From NCBI GenBank assembly GCA_000165425.1, contig CT868012.1:124001-188000 (forward strand): DNA of 64,000 bases. The letters are read 5' to 3'. Shown one piece after another: positions 40,701 to 54,555 of the stretch (positions are counted from its first letter, which is position 1; the number at the start of each line of letters is the position of its first letter). The notes under the pieces are model-generated. The model searched no databases, was not told where the DNA came from, and worked only from the letters and a program-made list of their open reading frames with translations. Both the position numbers and the translations under genes were made by a program. The stretch comes from Paramecium tetraurelia (taxonomy: Eukaryota).

Positions 40701-42922
40701 AAAAGGCCCAGAGATTAAGTTATGAAAATGAATAAATTAAGAAAATGCTTTGCTGGTTGGAAAGTCTTTACTAGTAAATAATAAGGAGCAAAACTTATGA
40801 TATCAGCAATTTAGGATATATAAAGGGATTAAAAATTGAAACTCTTTAAAAAATTAGACTCAAATAATAGAATTGAAAATGCAAAAATATTTTACAAACA
40901 AAATTTAATTAAAAAAGTACTCTTGCACTGGTTTGATTCAACCTAATCATCTTAAAAGACTATTTATCTAACAAAAATTTTGAATAAGTTAAGAGTAAAA
41001 TAATTAAAAAAATAATTTTTAAAGCTTTTACTCAATAATAGAAGTGTTTAAGTTAAGAACAATTCAATAAATTTAATGAAAAGAAAAATTTTGAAAATGT
41101 GGGCATCTAAACTATAAAAATTAAAGAAATTTTAACGCTTTCTTTTACAGATGGAAAATAAAGGAAAGGATAATATGATCTTCTCGATCTAAGCAATAAT
41201 AGACAATAACAAAGAAATAGAAATTTAAGATAAATAATAAAATCAATTTTTATTTAAATACTTTTAATAATGGAAAAAATAATATCAAAAATCTCATTCA
41301 TTGAAAACCATTATCTTTTCTATTGAAAATGCAATAAAGAAAACTAAAAGTTGCGTTTTAAATAGAATGAAGAAAATTAACAAAGATATGAAGGTTTATA
41401 AATTATGCTCTAAAATGTAAAAATAAAGAATTTTCCATAAATGGGTAAAACAATTAAATCAAATTGGAGGATTCAACAAACTCCAAAATATTTTTGAAAA
41501 AAAGGAGAATGAATAATTTTATAAGAAAGCTAGAAAGTTATTTGTTATCAATAAATAATATACTTTAAATTCTAATTTAAGTAAGAGTAAATTATCGAGG
41601 CTTTTTTAGAGGTGGGAATATTTATCAAAAATGAATTTAAAATTAAAATAGTTTCAATCTAAACTTGAAAACATTTTAACAAATAAAATCTATTACTAAC
41701 ATTGTTAGAGTGTATTATTTTATCATTTGCAAAGTTATTAGATAAAATAACTAAAAGGGGAATTTGCTTTGAAAACTTTTAATAAATTAGTACAAAATAA
41801 ACAATATGCTATTTTTGGACATCTATAATAAGATTCAATTTATTATAATTATCTTGAATAAAAGAATATTAGAAAGCAAATAATTTGTTTAACTTTGTGG
41901 GCTAAATTAACAAATGAATCTGTTGCATATAAATTTATCTGTAAATCATTAGGAGAAATTTATAAAAGAAATATGTATTACAACCTCAAAATCATTAAAT
42001 AGTTTGGTGATAAAAACTAAACCATCTTTAAATAAATAGATGACAAAAAAAAATAGAAGATCCTATTATTTTGGTTTTTTCAAAGTTAAAAAAGAATTGC
42101 AGCTAAGAGTATCTATAATATATTGGATTAAAATTATGATTCGAAATAAAATAAAATGTAATATGTGGTTAAGTTTATGGAGATATTATCCTAGAATCAA
42201 ATGAAAACAGAAAAGGCCAATAAATATTATGATATTTTTAATTCACTTATCAAATAGAAAATGAAATAAGCTTTTAAAAAAGTCTTGAAGTCAAGTAAAT
42301 AATAATATTTGAGTAAGTGTAAAAAAAGAAAATTATAAAAGCAATATCTGAAATAATGGAGAATTAATAAAGCTGTTATCACTTTTAATAAAATACTAGG
42401 CATCTCATATGAGAGAAACCTATCAAATTATTTTAACAAAGTCAAATCTTAAATTAAAAATAAAAAAGCAGAATTACACTATTAAAGTAGACTAAAATAT
42501 TAACTTCTTTTAATTTTACAATAAGTAAAAAACAACACAAATAAAAAACTTGAATATTTATCATCTAAACAAAACAATAATCTTGTGAATGTATACTTTT
42601 AAATGTGGATTATTGAACTTTTAAAAAGAACGAATTAAAGAAAACAATTTATGAAAATTTTCAGAGGCTTTTATTTGTATCATTATAGAACTATTGGAGC
42701 TGAATTCATTAAGTAACTAAAACTAGAAAAAAAATTGTAAATTTTATACCTATATATAGATAAATTAAAAGTGAATAAGAAACTTAGCACTCTTTGATGT
42801 ATTCAGTATTTTAGGCATGGAGAATGGAGGTGGATCAAAAAAAAATGCTAAAAAAATACCTCTAGCAATGTTCTGTAGAAGAAAAAAGAGGGAAAAGCAT
42901 TCCAAAGTATATGCCATATTGA
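37766..42922 (+). CDS. Large Sfi1-repeat (centrin-binding) protein
   Basis: About 5.1 kb K/Q/L-rich helical frame with periodic L..F..W motifs (KLYFTLW, KKCFQKW, RKCFAGW, KYFQQWK, RLFQRWE, YLKQWR) and multiple short introns. The exact 3' structure is uncertain. Confidence 0.72.
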
Positions 42923-43029
42923 TATGGAATAATTAATAATATATTTATATAACATTTATTTAATTGATTAATCTCATCTTACAATAATAAAGATTATAAT
43001 CTTTTTTACAATTATTAAATTTTCCCTGG

Positions 43030-46000
43030 ATAATATTAATAAATAAGAAATTATCTCAAGATTGGAGGACACGGCCAATAAAACAGAAAAAGGGTTGTTA
43101 AGTAAGGTATCTAATGTAAAAGATTGTGTATTAAATAAATGCTAGTCAAATAATTAAGTGCTCCATAGAGATTTGTACGTTAATGACAATCCATGAATAA
43201 AATTTATAAATCTGTTATAGCTTGTTAAAAGACAAATAACTTTTTTGATTCTTTATAAGAAGTTTTGAGAAATAATATTCGAGCATTTTTATATACAAGA
43301 AAGGATGCAGAATCTAAGGAAAAATGTCTGGTGAAGTTAATGTCTTCATTTACGTATAATTTGATGATAGCGTTTCTGAGATGGAAAAATTTTAATAAAT
43401 AGCAAAAGATATCTGAAAAATTGGGAGATGAGAGAAAGAAATTTGTGTTAATCAATCTCTAAAGATTCATTAAAAACTGTAATTTGAATAGATTAAGAAG
43501 AATTTTAAAACTATTTTACATTGGGTAACAAGTAAATTAGCTAATTAAGAAAATACATCTAAGAGTTCTGTAAACTCAAATAGGATAAGTTGAATTATCA
43601 TTTTAAAAATGGAAATCATTACCTGGGGATGATGCCTTGAATAACTAGGCTAGAGTAAGTAAATTTGCTATTTCACTTGGAAAAATTGCTTTTAGATTTG
43701 TTAAATTAAACTCTTGGGACCAAATAGAAAATGAATTTTAAGATGGATAAGTTAAAAAAAATTTTGCATTAACAAAATTATTGCTGTCACCTAAAGTGAC
43801 TTAAAAAAAGCCTTTTTATTTTTGCATAGAAAAGCTTGGGAGATGAAAATGTTTGATAAGTTCTCATAACTTAAAGTTACATTAAATGATCAGATTGTTA
43901 AATAAAAATTGATTGGATGGATTAATGCAGGATCTAAAGTAAAGTTTTATGCATTAACTGAAGTATTGAGAAGATTTAACAAAATGCTATTGAACAAAAT
44001 CTTAAAAGAAAAGCCCTTACGATTATAAATAGAAATACGATATCTTAAGCCTGGCTATCATTTAATAGATGGAAGTATATTTAATAAAAATTGTGCTTAA
44101 TAGATAAAAACAATAACAATAATTACCTGAAGATAATAATGATCTAAAAGTTAAAGCAAGTGTTTTTGAAAAATCTCTAAATAAATTTATAATTCACATA
44201 GCAAGAAAATATTCATGGAATCCCATATTAGAAGAATACGATGATGCTTTGGAAATTAAGAAAATGGCAGTAATGCTTATGATAAAGACCTAAGAATCAG
44301 AATAATAAAGAACATTAGATTAATGGAATAAAAATATTTCCTTAATTAGAGAAGTAGAGAGATGTAAATGTGTTATAAATCTTTTTGGATTTTTGGGATT
44401 GCATATTAAGAATAATAATGCTCCATTAAAGCCAGATGAAGAATCATAAAAAAAAGAAAAAGCATAGCTTCAACTTATTGGCAATTTTGACAGCAATTTG
44501 AGATATTTTTTCATGAAATAGTATAATGATGGAAAGTTACAAAAATTATAGGGGGCTATGAATGAAGAGAAAAAGAAATTGCTGTTAGAATCAATAAACA
44601 ATTTCTTAAAAAATAATGATGTAGCTAAATTGAGAGCAATATTAGCTAAATTTAAACGAAATTCAAGTATGAATGCTGCTCAAGATAGAATTCTTTTCTA
44701 AATTGTTTGCCACTAAATTTGGAGGTGCCATTGTAGCCTTCTAAAAGTGGAAGAATTTACCTGACCTTAAAATACAGAATAATTAAAAAATGCAAGGAAG
44801 TTTGAAAGGATATTAGATTTACATTTTAGAGGAAGACTTAAGGCAACTTTAGAACCATTAAAACATGTGTATCAAGAAGGTAATATATTTAAAGTTTTAT
44901 TTATTGCATCTTTATTATTTTTAGTTGTAGCAAAAAATTATATTGCCTCAGAAAAATACTGGCTCTTGGCATGGGCCAAAATAAAAGATTATTCTTATAT
45001 TGGAGAGATATAAATAAATTGCATAAATCAATAGAAACTTGCAAATATACTGCAAATCTATTTTAAACTCTAGCTCTCACATTAGCAGGACATGTCTAAA
45101 AGATATTTAAACCTAATAAAAGATAAGAAAGTGTCTTGAATAAAATGTTAATGATAAGATGGGTATTTCTCCATTGGAAAAATTTAGTGAAGTAATCTAA
45201 ATTTATTCATAACTTGATGATGAGAAGAAGAAGTTATTAGTATTTGCTCTGCATAGAAATTTGAGAACAAATGATCAAGGCAGATTAAGAGATATTTTAA
45301 GAAAGTTTTATTTGAAAAGACAGAAATAAGCTGAATAAAAAAAATACATATCTAATTATTTCATATATAGGTAGGGTAAATAGAAGTTTCCTTCTAAAAA
45401 TGGAAAGCTCTACCCGAAAATAAAGAATTAGATTCATTAAAAGCAAGCGTATTCGAAAAATCACTAAATATATTCAAAATTCACATGCTTAGAAAGGATA
45501 CCTTCAATCAATTATAAAATATTGATCTTGATGGATAGGCAAGATAAAAATTTGCTTTAAATAAAATGTTGTTTATTGCATGAGTGTTAAAAGAAATCAT
45601 TTTTGAAATGGCAGAAAATTGTTGAATTTCATAGAGTAGTAGATGCTTTCAATATTTCGGATAAGAAGAAACTTGCAATCTAATTATTCTATTAGCATAA
45701 AATGAACCAATTAAATGTAGCCTAAGTGGAATGGAAACGTTTATAATCAAATTTGACAAATAAAAAGGAATCTGCTTAAGAAGGAGAAATTAGGTTGAAC
45801 AGAGAGGCTATATTGTTATTTTAAAATTTTGGGAAAATAAAATTAAGAATATATTTCCAAAAGATGGAATATGAGAGCTGTCAAGAAGAATATGGTCTCA
45901 GTATTTACTGCAATTTAAAAGTTGCTTTTATTAAATCTAGAACAAGATAGGGAATTAATGAAAGAAGCTTTGGATATTTGGAAAGGACCTAAACTTTACA

Positions 46001-46655
46001 ATAAATTGTTCTAGAGGGTAGCTGAAATGATTGCTAAGAACACAAATATCACTCCTTAAATAGCCTTTTGGAGAATGAGGGACATTTCAACTACATCAAA
46101 AGCAGCCAGCTTGAATTCTTTATAAATAGTTAAATGCAAAAAGCTGATAAATAATTTACTAAAGGCATATGACAGAGTTAGATAAAGAGCAATAACTAAT
46201 ATTGAACATTATGGAAGAGGGATTACGGATACAAGTTCATTCCAACCATCTCATTCAAGCTTCCTATAATAGACTCCTGTTAGAGATTCTTTAGGAAAAT
46301 CCTAAATGGAATCAATTTTATTAAAGAATAGTCAATATCTAGCCAATGTGTTAAATATTTTAAATTTTAGTAATCTGATCATGAGTTGCTGAAGAAAATG
46401 AATGAATTAATTGAAGAAAATAGTAGATTAAGAGACCAAGGAACTTTTGAAGAGAGTATGAATTCTAAGGATTAATAAATCAACGAATAGCAAAGATTAA
46501 TTTAAGATTTAAATACAAGACTTGATAGATTGAGAGGTTAAGGTATATATATATAAAGATAATATTATTATAGGATAATAAAGTCTTTAGAAGAATATGA
46601 GGATCATTTAGTTGAAGATGGGTTTATTACCATTAAAGTGTAGAAAAGAGACTGA
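43030..46655 (+). pseudogene. Frameshifted relic of a giant Sfi1-like centrin-binding protein (PtCenBP/infraciliary-lattice type)
   Basis: Long repeats of about 200 aa ending G.V..AFQKWK(S/N/A)LP near 43610, 44750 and 45400, with KASVFEKSL and DEKKK. Frameshifts near 44690, 44785 and 45860. TGA at 43194. No clear start codon. Confidence 0.72.
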
Positions 46656-46841
46656 ATTAGTTGACATAAATTATTTCATTTACAATACAAAATTCATTTT
46701 CAATAGAATTACACTAAAACCAATATAAAAGATCAAAATTATAAATTAAGCATTCAAATCTTCAATAGTATATTAATTGAACATATATTTCCTAAGAATT
46801 GTATTAGTAATGATAAATTTATTTAAATAAATAATATTAAT

Positions 46842-47883
46842 ATGGGTAATAAAACATTATGTTGTTCTGGCTCTGACCATTTTGGAAGCAGCTCAAAAAT
46901 GAGCTTATAACCTAATATTGCTGCTCATGCATCCTTTGCTGGTTGCCAAATTAAATTAAGTTACAGCAAGCTTTTATTTAATGAAGATGTAGACACAATA
47001 GTTCTTATTGTAAGTACGAGATTAAAAATGGGATAAAACATGGAGGATCTACTTAAGTATATCTATATCTAATTAAAATAGAAAATATGGAGGATAGACT
47101 GTAATGAATGAACTGAAATAAGTACGTTTAAATGAAGGTGGAAAACTGGAATTAGGATAAGTAGTACATACGCATGCAGGAGATGTATTAATATAAGGCA
47201 ACAATAATAGATGGACTTTGATTACATTATATATACAGTACTTTCAAGCGGTTGTGAAACTACTATGATGATGCCAAAAAGTTCTTATATCACTGATGGT
47301 TCTACTGATTTTCAACCAAGTGAATCATTACAGGAGGGTTTAAGGTAATAAATAGATGGAGTCCATATATATACAGATAAAATGATTGACTCATAATAAA
47401 CACACGAGAGATAAAACATCTATGAATGCATGATTAATTGTTTACAATTAGCAGCAAACCTAGGTGTAAAGTCAATCGCATTTCCATTGTTGGAACCATT
47501 CAATGGGCATATTTCTAAATCTAAAATAGCAGCAATTATGCTATTTGCTATTAAGTAGTTTTTAAAAGACAATCCCAAGAGTTCTTTAGAAGAAATTAAA
47601 ATTAGCTCTTAGGTAATTAAATGAATTACTAAATTAGGACACTTAAGTAATTCGTTTATTTAAATACATCATTAATCATATATTGTGTGATAACTAAGAC
47701 ACTACAATTGATCCAAAAAATAGGTCTGGAATAAAAAACAAAGACTTGAAAGTTAGTACTATATATAGCAGCGACTATGATGAAAATGAGTAAATTGATT
47801 AAATGAAGGTTGACGATTTAATGAAATTTTTCCACGCTTATGATGGCGGAAATGAAACGAACAAACGAAAAAGTTCTTTTTGA
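46842..47883 (+). CDS. Degenerate macrodomain protein with MGNKTLCC acylation motif
   Basis: EDVDTIV..LKMG..KYGG..LELGQVVHTHAGDMDFDYIIYTV and IYECMINCLQLAANLGVKSIAFPLL. Three introns. Confidence 0.8.
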
Positions 47884-47943
47884 TTCAATTACCCTGTTAA
47901 TTTTTTATTTTTTGAAGTTAATATAATAAATAATTAATCATCT

Positions 47944-49061
47944 ATGGGATAAGCACACTCAAATGAAGATTGTTTATTCATGAACTATCAAGCAGAGGAA
48001 ATATTCGCTCAGGAGTACCCTTAGCAACCTTAGTAGCCTTAGTAACCTTAACAACCTTAGTAACAAAGGAAAATTTTCAAAGCTGCGAAAAAACCTTCAG
48101 CATAAGAAACTAGTTAGAAAAATATTAATTAAACGCCAAGTCCATTGTAACTTGACAAAGTGCAGCAATCTTTAGAGGAAAAAGTTAAGGGGAATTAATT
48201 TTTCTCATAAAAAAATTATTAAAAAGCTATCGAATGTTATACCAAAGCCATTGTATAAAACAATAATTATTTAGAATTTACATGGTACTGATTCCATTTA
48301 CTACTCGAATAGAGCTGTTGTCTATAAATAAATAAATAAATTATAAGAGGCCAAAAAAGATGCAGAATAAGCTATAAAAATTGATTAAACAAATGCAAGG
48401 GCATACTTCATTTATGGAACAGTTATTTTACTTGAAGTATAAATGAGTCCAGAAATTAGTGAATAACTAATTAAATAGGCTCATAAAGGTCTGTAATATT
48501 TAGACTAGGGTATTCAATTTTAATTATCTTAAAGCATATGAGAATATTAAAGATAACAATGATTAATAAAAGAATAAACTGAAAGTTTTAATTAATCAAA
48601 ATCTAGGAAAAGGAAGAAGAATGGTTTTTTTGATAGCTCAAGAAATGGATAGAATCAGTATGAAAATTATATAGTTTGTAGATGTCTAATCTTTAAAAAG
48701 TATCCTTGCTGAAATTGCAGAAAGAAGAAAGGTGAAGTTAGATTGGAATTATCTCGAAAGGCAAACCTAAAAAAAGATGCTCTAAGATATACCAATACCT
48801 TAGGCTTTTATATGTATTATATCATTTGAAATAATGAATGAACCCATTCTATTTAACACTGGTCAAACATATGAAAAAGATAGCATCTATAAATAGTTTA
48901 CTTCAAATGGTTGCGCAGATCCTATTACAAGAGAATAAATTAATCCATAAACTGCAAGGCATAACTTGTAGTTACTGCAAGGAATAAATTAATTAAAATA
49001 AAAATATGGATGGATTGGAATAGAATAAGAGGAGAATTACAAACTAATAAAATTTGAATGA
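47944..49061 (+). CDS. TPR plus U-box E3 ubiquitin ligase (CHIP/STUB1-like)
   Basis: EKVKGNQFFSQKNYQKAIECYTKAI and YYSNRA (TPR); IPQAFICIISFEIMNEPILFNTGQTYEKDSI..DPITRE (U-box). PQQ repeats at 48019-48066. Confidence 0.88.
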
Positions 49062-49082
49062 TTAAGTTAATTGTATGTCAAA

Positions 49083-50566
49083 TCAAAATTCTTAATTTAT
49101 TTAATCTTTTGATTGGTCCACTTTTAGAATGTCTTATTAATTTACTATATTATATTGTTCTGCCTCTTTCTGGTACTTTCTAGTATAAAAAATGGCTAAT
49201 AAAATCAAGAAAGAAGCTGAAATTAGTAGTATAATCATCAAATAAATTAGATCTGAATACTTCGAATATATAGTAGAAATATAGTTAACTAAAGGTTATT
49301 ATTAAAAAGTATACATTGAATTTTTCCTTAAATTTTACAGCTTGATGGCTAAGATATAGTCCTTCTATCTTGGCAACCGTCTGCTAATGCAATAAAAGAT
49401 ACAGCTTCTTAATTATCTCCTATTCTATCATCACATTAAATAAAAGATTCAGTAAGAGAGATTTCATTGATCATAATGAGATTTTGGGACTCTGTAATTA
49501 GGTGATAATTAATTCCAAAGTTGTTCATTATATGTACATTACTGACATTCTAATGTTTAATGTACAGGGGAGTTGCTTTAAAATATCAAAAATCAATACA
49601 TAATTCATCAATAAATTCAGATATCACTTTAATGATTCCTTTATTTGAAATCAAAATTACTAAGTCAACGAATTGAAACAGTTTATCATATTACTCAAAT
49701 AATTTTTTTCCAGAATTTAAATACACATAATCTTTTGTTAAATATGAAATATTTTGGCCTTATATTTCCAAGCTCACGATTTCCATATTCTAAGTTAAGT
49801 AATCTTCCACCTATAATACATTTTAATTGTATGTAACTTTAATAACCTTATAAAATGGAAATGATATGAAAATAGAACTTTATTACATCTTTAGAATAGA
49901 ACTGTTAGCCAAATTTAATTCTAGCTGTTTTATTTATATTAATTTTCTTTAATCTAATTTATATTAAATCAATTTATCTTCAAATCCCACAAATAAAAAC
50001 CCATTAGCACTTGTAATCCAAATAGGTTAAGATTAAAATGATTAAATATCTTCAAAATTCTTAGTAACTTTATCAAAAAGAATAAGTTTTTACTAATCAT
50101 CTAAAATTAAAATAAAATTATCCTCTATTTATGCTAAATCTATTCCATTAGAAATCTGGTGGGAAGTCATTTCAATTTTATTTATATAATTAGTTTCACC
50201 TATCCTATAGTGATATGTGCTCAATGAAAAGTTTGTAAAAGTAATCTCAATCACAGTAAGCTACTTCTACTCTAATACAAATAGAGTTTTTTATTCATTA
50301 TCAAATAAAGATGAGGTAATATTATCAAATTAAATGGAGATTGGATTGATTTTTTCAAATTAATATGGCATCACTTAACAAATAGTAGTTTTTGGGTTAA
50401 GTATTTCTATTGACTTTACAAATTCAAACCATATTTAACTATTATGATCTATGAAATATTGATTTAATTTTTCTTTGTGATAATCAACCTGAATGGGATT
50501 ATTTAATGTAATTGTCGAAGATGCGACAATAGTAATTGTTATTAAAAGTGGATATAGTCTAGACAT
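49083..50566 (-). CDS. Type I membrane protein (signal peptide plus C-terminal TM); possibly a degenerate pepsin-like fold
   Basis: N-terminus MSRLYPLLITITIVAS and C-terminal LIYLMIILLISASFLILLAIFY followed by TRK. The fold assignment is weak. Confidence 0.6.
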
Positions 50567-50651
50567 TTTTAATTATTATTTTGTTGTGGTATTCAGATAA
50601 TAATATATATAAAATAATTTATTCAAAAATAATATAATTATTAAAATAGCA

Positions 50652-53600
50652 ATGCATAATTCTTTTAGTTCTGGCTTTGATATTGACTCCAATAATGCAG
50701 AATTACTTAAAAGACCATAGCATTAATAAACCTAACTGCCTAAACTGTTGCAACTGCCTTCTGACATTAAACCTCCAACCATAAACTCACCTATTATCAA
50801 CTGCCCCTCTCCATTCACAGAACCATTAAGATCATTCATTTCTTATAGGGAAAGTGGGTTCAGTCAATTTGATTAGTGTAGAAAAGCTAAAACATTAAAT
50901 GAGAATTCTGAAGGAAATGATGCTAAAAACTTTGACGAGCCAGGGAAACCTAAGAAAAGTTAGTTTAATTAAGCAATGCGATCTCCGCATAAACAGCCAC
51001 TTTATTCTGAACTCAATTAAACAGAATCTGTAAGTCGAAATTTATTTGACAAGAAGTATGTTAAATAATTTGCTTAAGCTCTTCTTTAAAAAGCATACAT
51101 ATATCGCGATAATTATTTCAATGGTTACTAAAAATAGTTGTTAATTGAGAATTATTTAGAAAATAATCTTCATTACACAATTCAAGATGAAAAGAATAAT
51201 AATCAAATTCACCCTATATACTTTCTTTTTTCAGATATGATCGTTATAATTTGTATAATTATATTGGGTATTTGGCTTCCCTACAAAATAAGCTTTAATC
51301 AAGAAGTGAACCTTGGATTTGAAGTATTGGCCATCCTTATAATTGTGTTAGATTTAGGATTAAACTACTTCAAGCCTTACATTTCAGAAGGTAATTTTGT
51401 TAAATTTCACATCAAATATTAGTTATAGTTTATAAAACGTTAAACTTTTATTGACATTTTATATCTAGTTACAACTATTTTATTAGTATTTTTATCTGCT
51501 AATTCTATTTTGATATGGTGCATATTATTGTTTGAAATTGGGTGTGGAGTTTAGAAGCTGAATTTTTTAATTTTTAGAGTAAATGACTTTCTACCGTTTG
51601 ATATTGGATATTACAAGATATTTATGATTGTATTATATGTAATCCATCTATGTTCGTGTTTCTGGTATTTTATAGGACTAGAAGAGTAAAACTCTTGGAT
51701 CATCACGATGAATATAGAGGATGAAGATGAATGGACAAAATATTGTTATGCAATTTATATCAATACAAGTTTGTTACTGAATATAGGACAAGGACTAGTG
51801 CATATTAAAACAAATGTAGAATTGATATATTCAACAATCGCAATGTTTATATCTTGTTGGTTGATAGCGTTTATCATAAAGCACACTAGTTTTATGCTGA
51901 AAAGACAATATCAAAATTGGAATGAAAATATTAGGTAAATGGAATTGATAAATAACTTTTTGTCTAAAAGAGGGATTTCTTTACACATGTCAGCGAGAAT
52001 AAGAAATTATATTCGATTCCTCAATTAATAGGATAAAAATGATGATTAGGTAATATTATTAGATGCATATAGATAATTAGATGTAAGTTCTGATGTAATA
52101 ACTATCACCTGCAATAAAGGAAGAATTATTTCTCTAGATGAGGATCAAGGCTTTGTGTAATTGTAGATCTCTGTTCAAATTTTAAAAAAATACGCTTGAA
52201 AATTTAACATAAATTATGGAGTATGTTAAATTTAATCCAAACGAATTTGTAATATAAAAGCACAAGTAAGATGATAATTCTTTGTATATCATTGATTCTG
52301 GTGAAATCTCAATATTAGATTAAAATACTCAGTTGGCCAAACTATCAGCAGGAGACTCATTTGGGGAATATTCATTCTTTTCAGGAGAATTGAGATAGGC
52401 TTCTGCTAAGGCTAAGGGATTCGTTTCACTTTATAAGATTGAATAATCTAAATTTGTTCAATTGATCCAACAAAACAAGATTGATCATGAACGATACGTA
52501 TTTATAAAACACTCTCTATTGAATCAATAATTTAGAGTTATTAACATGTGTTGTTACTCTTGTAGAGCTTCAGATCACTTAATATCAGGATGTCCAATAT
52601 GGAGATATACTCCTGATCTCGAAAAAGTGTTCAAATAAGAAAACTATAATTAATAAAGCAGATCTAGCTATTCGAGATCAATGCCTAAAAAGGAAAGAAA
52701 AGAGTTTAATAGGATATTTTTAAGATTGATTGTAAAATCTATTTATATTTTCTAGTAAAATTATGATGCTCTAAAAATATTTAGATTAAAATATGATATA
52801 ATATACGATGACGAGGATGAAGAAGAAGATGAAAGTTAAGAAGATGAATTGGAATCGTGTTCAGAACTAAGTGATGATTACTAAAGTGATGAAGGTTATT
52901 CGGATAATAGACTAGTTGACAAATAGGATGGGTACTAATATGTTACTATTCTAGAACCATTGTAAGTTTACTAAAACAACATGATTAGATCAAAGAACCT
53001 TCCAAAGTGTTATAAGAAATAGACGATGAAAATGATCAAATGTTTATCATTAGACCAAACAACCAAAAAGGCACATTAAATACTGCACAATTTTAATATT
53101 AAGCAGATTTCCAATAACAACAACAATAGTTATATAAGTTTTCATTAGTACCATAAGAACCTTAAAAGATTAAGAGAACGTAAACTCCGTAAGACCAATC
53201 ATAACCTTAATAATATGTTTAAACATCAACTTCATCTCAATTAATTGCTAGTGAAGTGCCAATTCCATCGGTCAAGAGAATTAAAAATACTCCACATATA
53301 ACATTTAAAGGAGATACAGACAGTCAATAAAGCCAACAGTAATCATAAAGACTAAGATCTAACACAAAAACAAGAACCCATAGCAATATTGCTGATAAAA
53401 TAAAAAAGAATTTATCAAGAATAAGGGAAGAAGACTCTGACACCTTGAATTTATCAAATAGATAGCATTCAGAGGAACAAGCTAGTTCTCCATATGGAAG
53501 ACAGTTGGGAAGACAAAGCTAAAGTTCAACATAAGTTAGATAATCAATGAAGAGATTTTCATCTAAGTTATCAACTATTCCTATCAGATAAGGAACAATT

Positions 53601-53906
53601 ACTCAATTGAGATCAACAGTAAGTCCAATTATTAGGTCTAATATTCACATTCCCACCGGAGTAGGTATGGTTGATTTAAGCATGTACAAAAGAGCAGATC
53701 CATAATCTGAAGAATTTGAGAGGATGTACTCTTACAATCTATATTATCCTATTGATAACTACTAAAACGTGATTAATAGATTAAACTTATTTTTGAAATG
53801 GAGATTATCTAAATTTATTCCATCAAAATATACGTTTACTTTTGATGTTAAGCGAATAATGGAGAAAATTAACAGGACTATAAAAGTGGAACTAAATTAA
53901 TAATGA
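50652..53906 (+). CDS. EAG/CNG-family 6TM cation channel with cyclic-nucleotide-binding domain and Zn-knuckle; atypical pore
   Basis: IHP..IWLPYKISF (S1), IHLCSCFWYFIG (S5), WTKYCYAIY (pore helix), C-linker ARIRNYIRF, CNBD LYIIDSGEI..GDSFGEYSFFSGELRQASA, and CYSC..HLISGCP. Confidence 0.88.
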
Positions 53907-53964
53907 TATTTAACATCTATATATATATATTATTCAATAATAAGATTAATCTTCTACATATCTA

Positions 53965-54527
53965 TCAGTTAATGTGACAATTGATACTTTATTTTATTTT
54001 TACAACAATCTTCTTTCTTCCTCCTATTACTTTCTAAGTTTTTCTTCTTACTCCAGCCTTTCTTACTCTTTTCTCTTCTCTTCAGAGTCATCCTTTTTCA
54101 GAATAATGTTGTCATCTTCTAAAATAACTGGCTAATATATGTCCTTAGTTTCGACAACCAATTCAAACATCAATATACATGTAATCACAGTATCAATTTT
54201 TAAATCTAATAATTGAAATCCTTCCACCTAATTCTCACTTAATTCATAAGAACCTGCTCCAATAAACTTATTTTTTATTTTATCAAATAACCAAAATTAT
54301 AACTGTTTTCCATGAATACTGCTCAATTCTAAATTTTAATTTATTTCTATCTATTCAGATACTAATCTAAGGGCTCAATTAATACCGACATAGTAATTCA
54401 ATGTTTTAGTTTATTATCTTGCACCTCCAAAATATACTTTTATTTCATAAGAGGAATTTCTTATCAATTTACTTAAATCAGTAAGTCCTAGTATCTTAAG
54501 CTTTACAGTTTTAACTTCGCATTTCAT
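53965..54527 (-). CDS. Small C2-like domain protein with charged tail
   Basis: QLQFWLFDKIKNKFIGAGSYEL resembles C2 strands. One intron. Ends SINCHIN*. Confidence 0.6.
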
Positions 54528-54555
54528 TTAATTATATAATTATATTAATTATAAT

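Noticed and set aside
48019..48066. 9-bp tandem repeat as a CRISPR-like or regulatory array
   Set aside because: It is a simple coding PQQ repeat without spacers.
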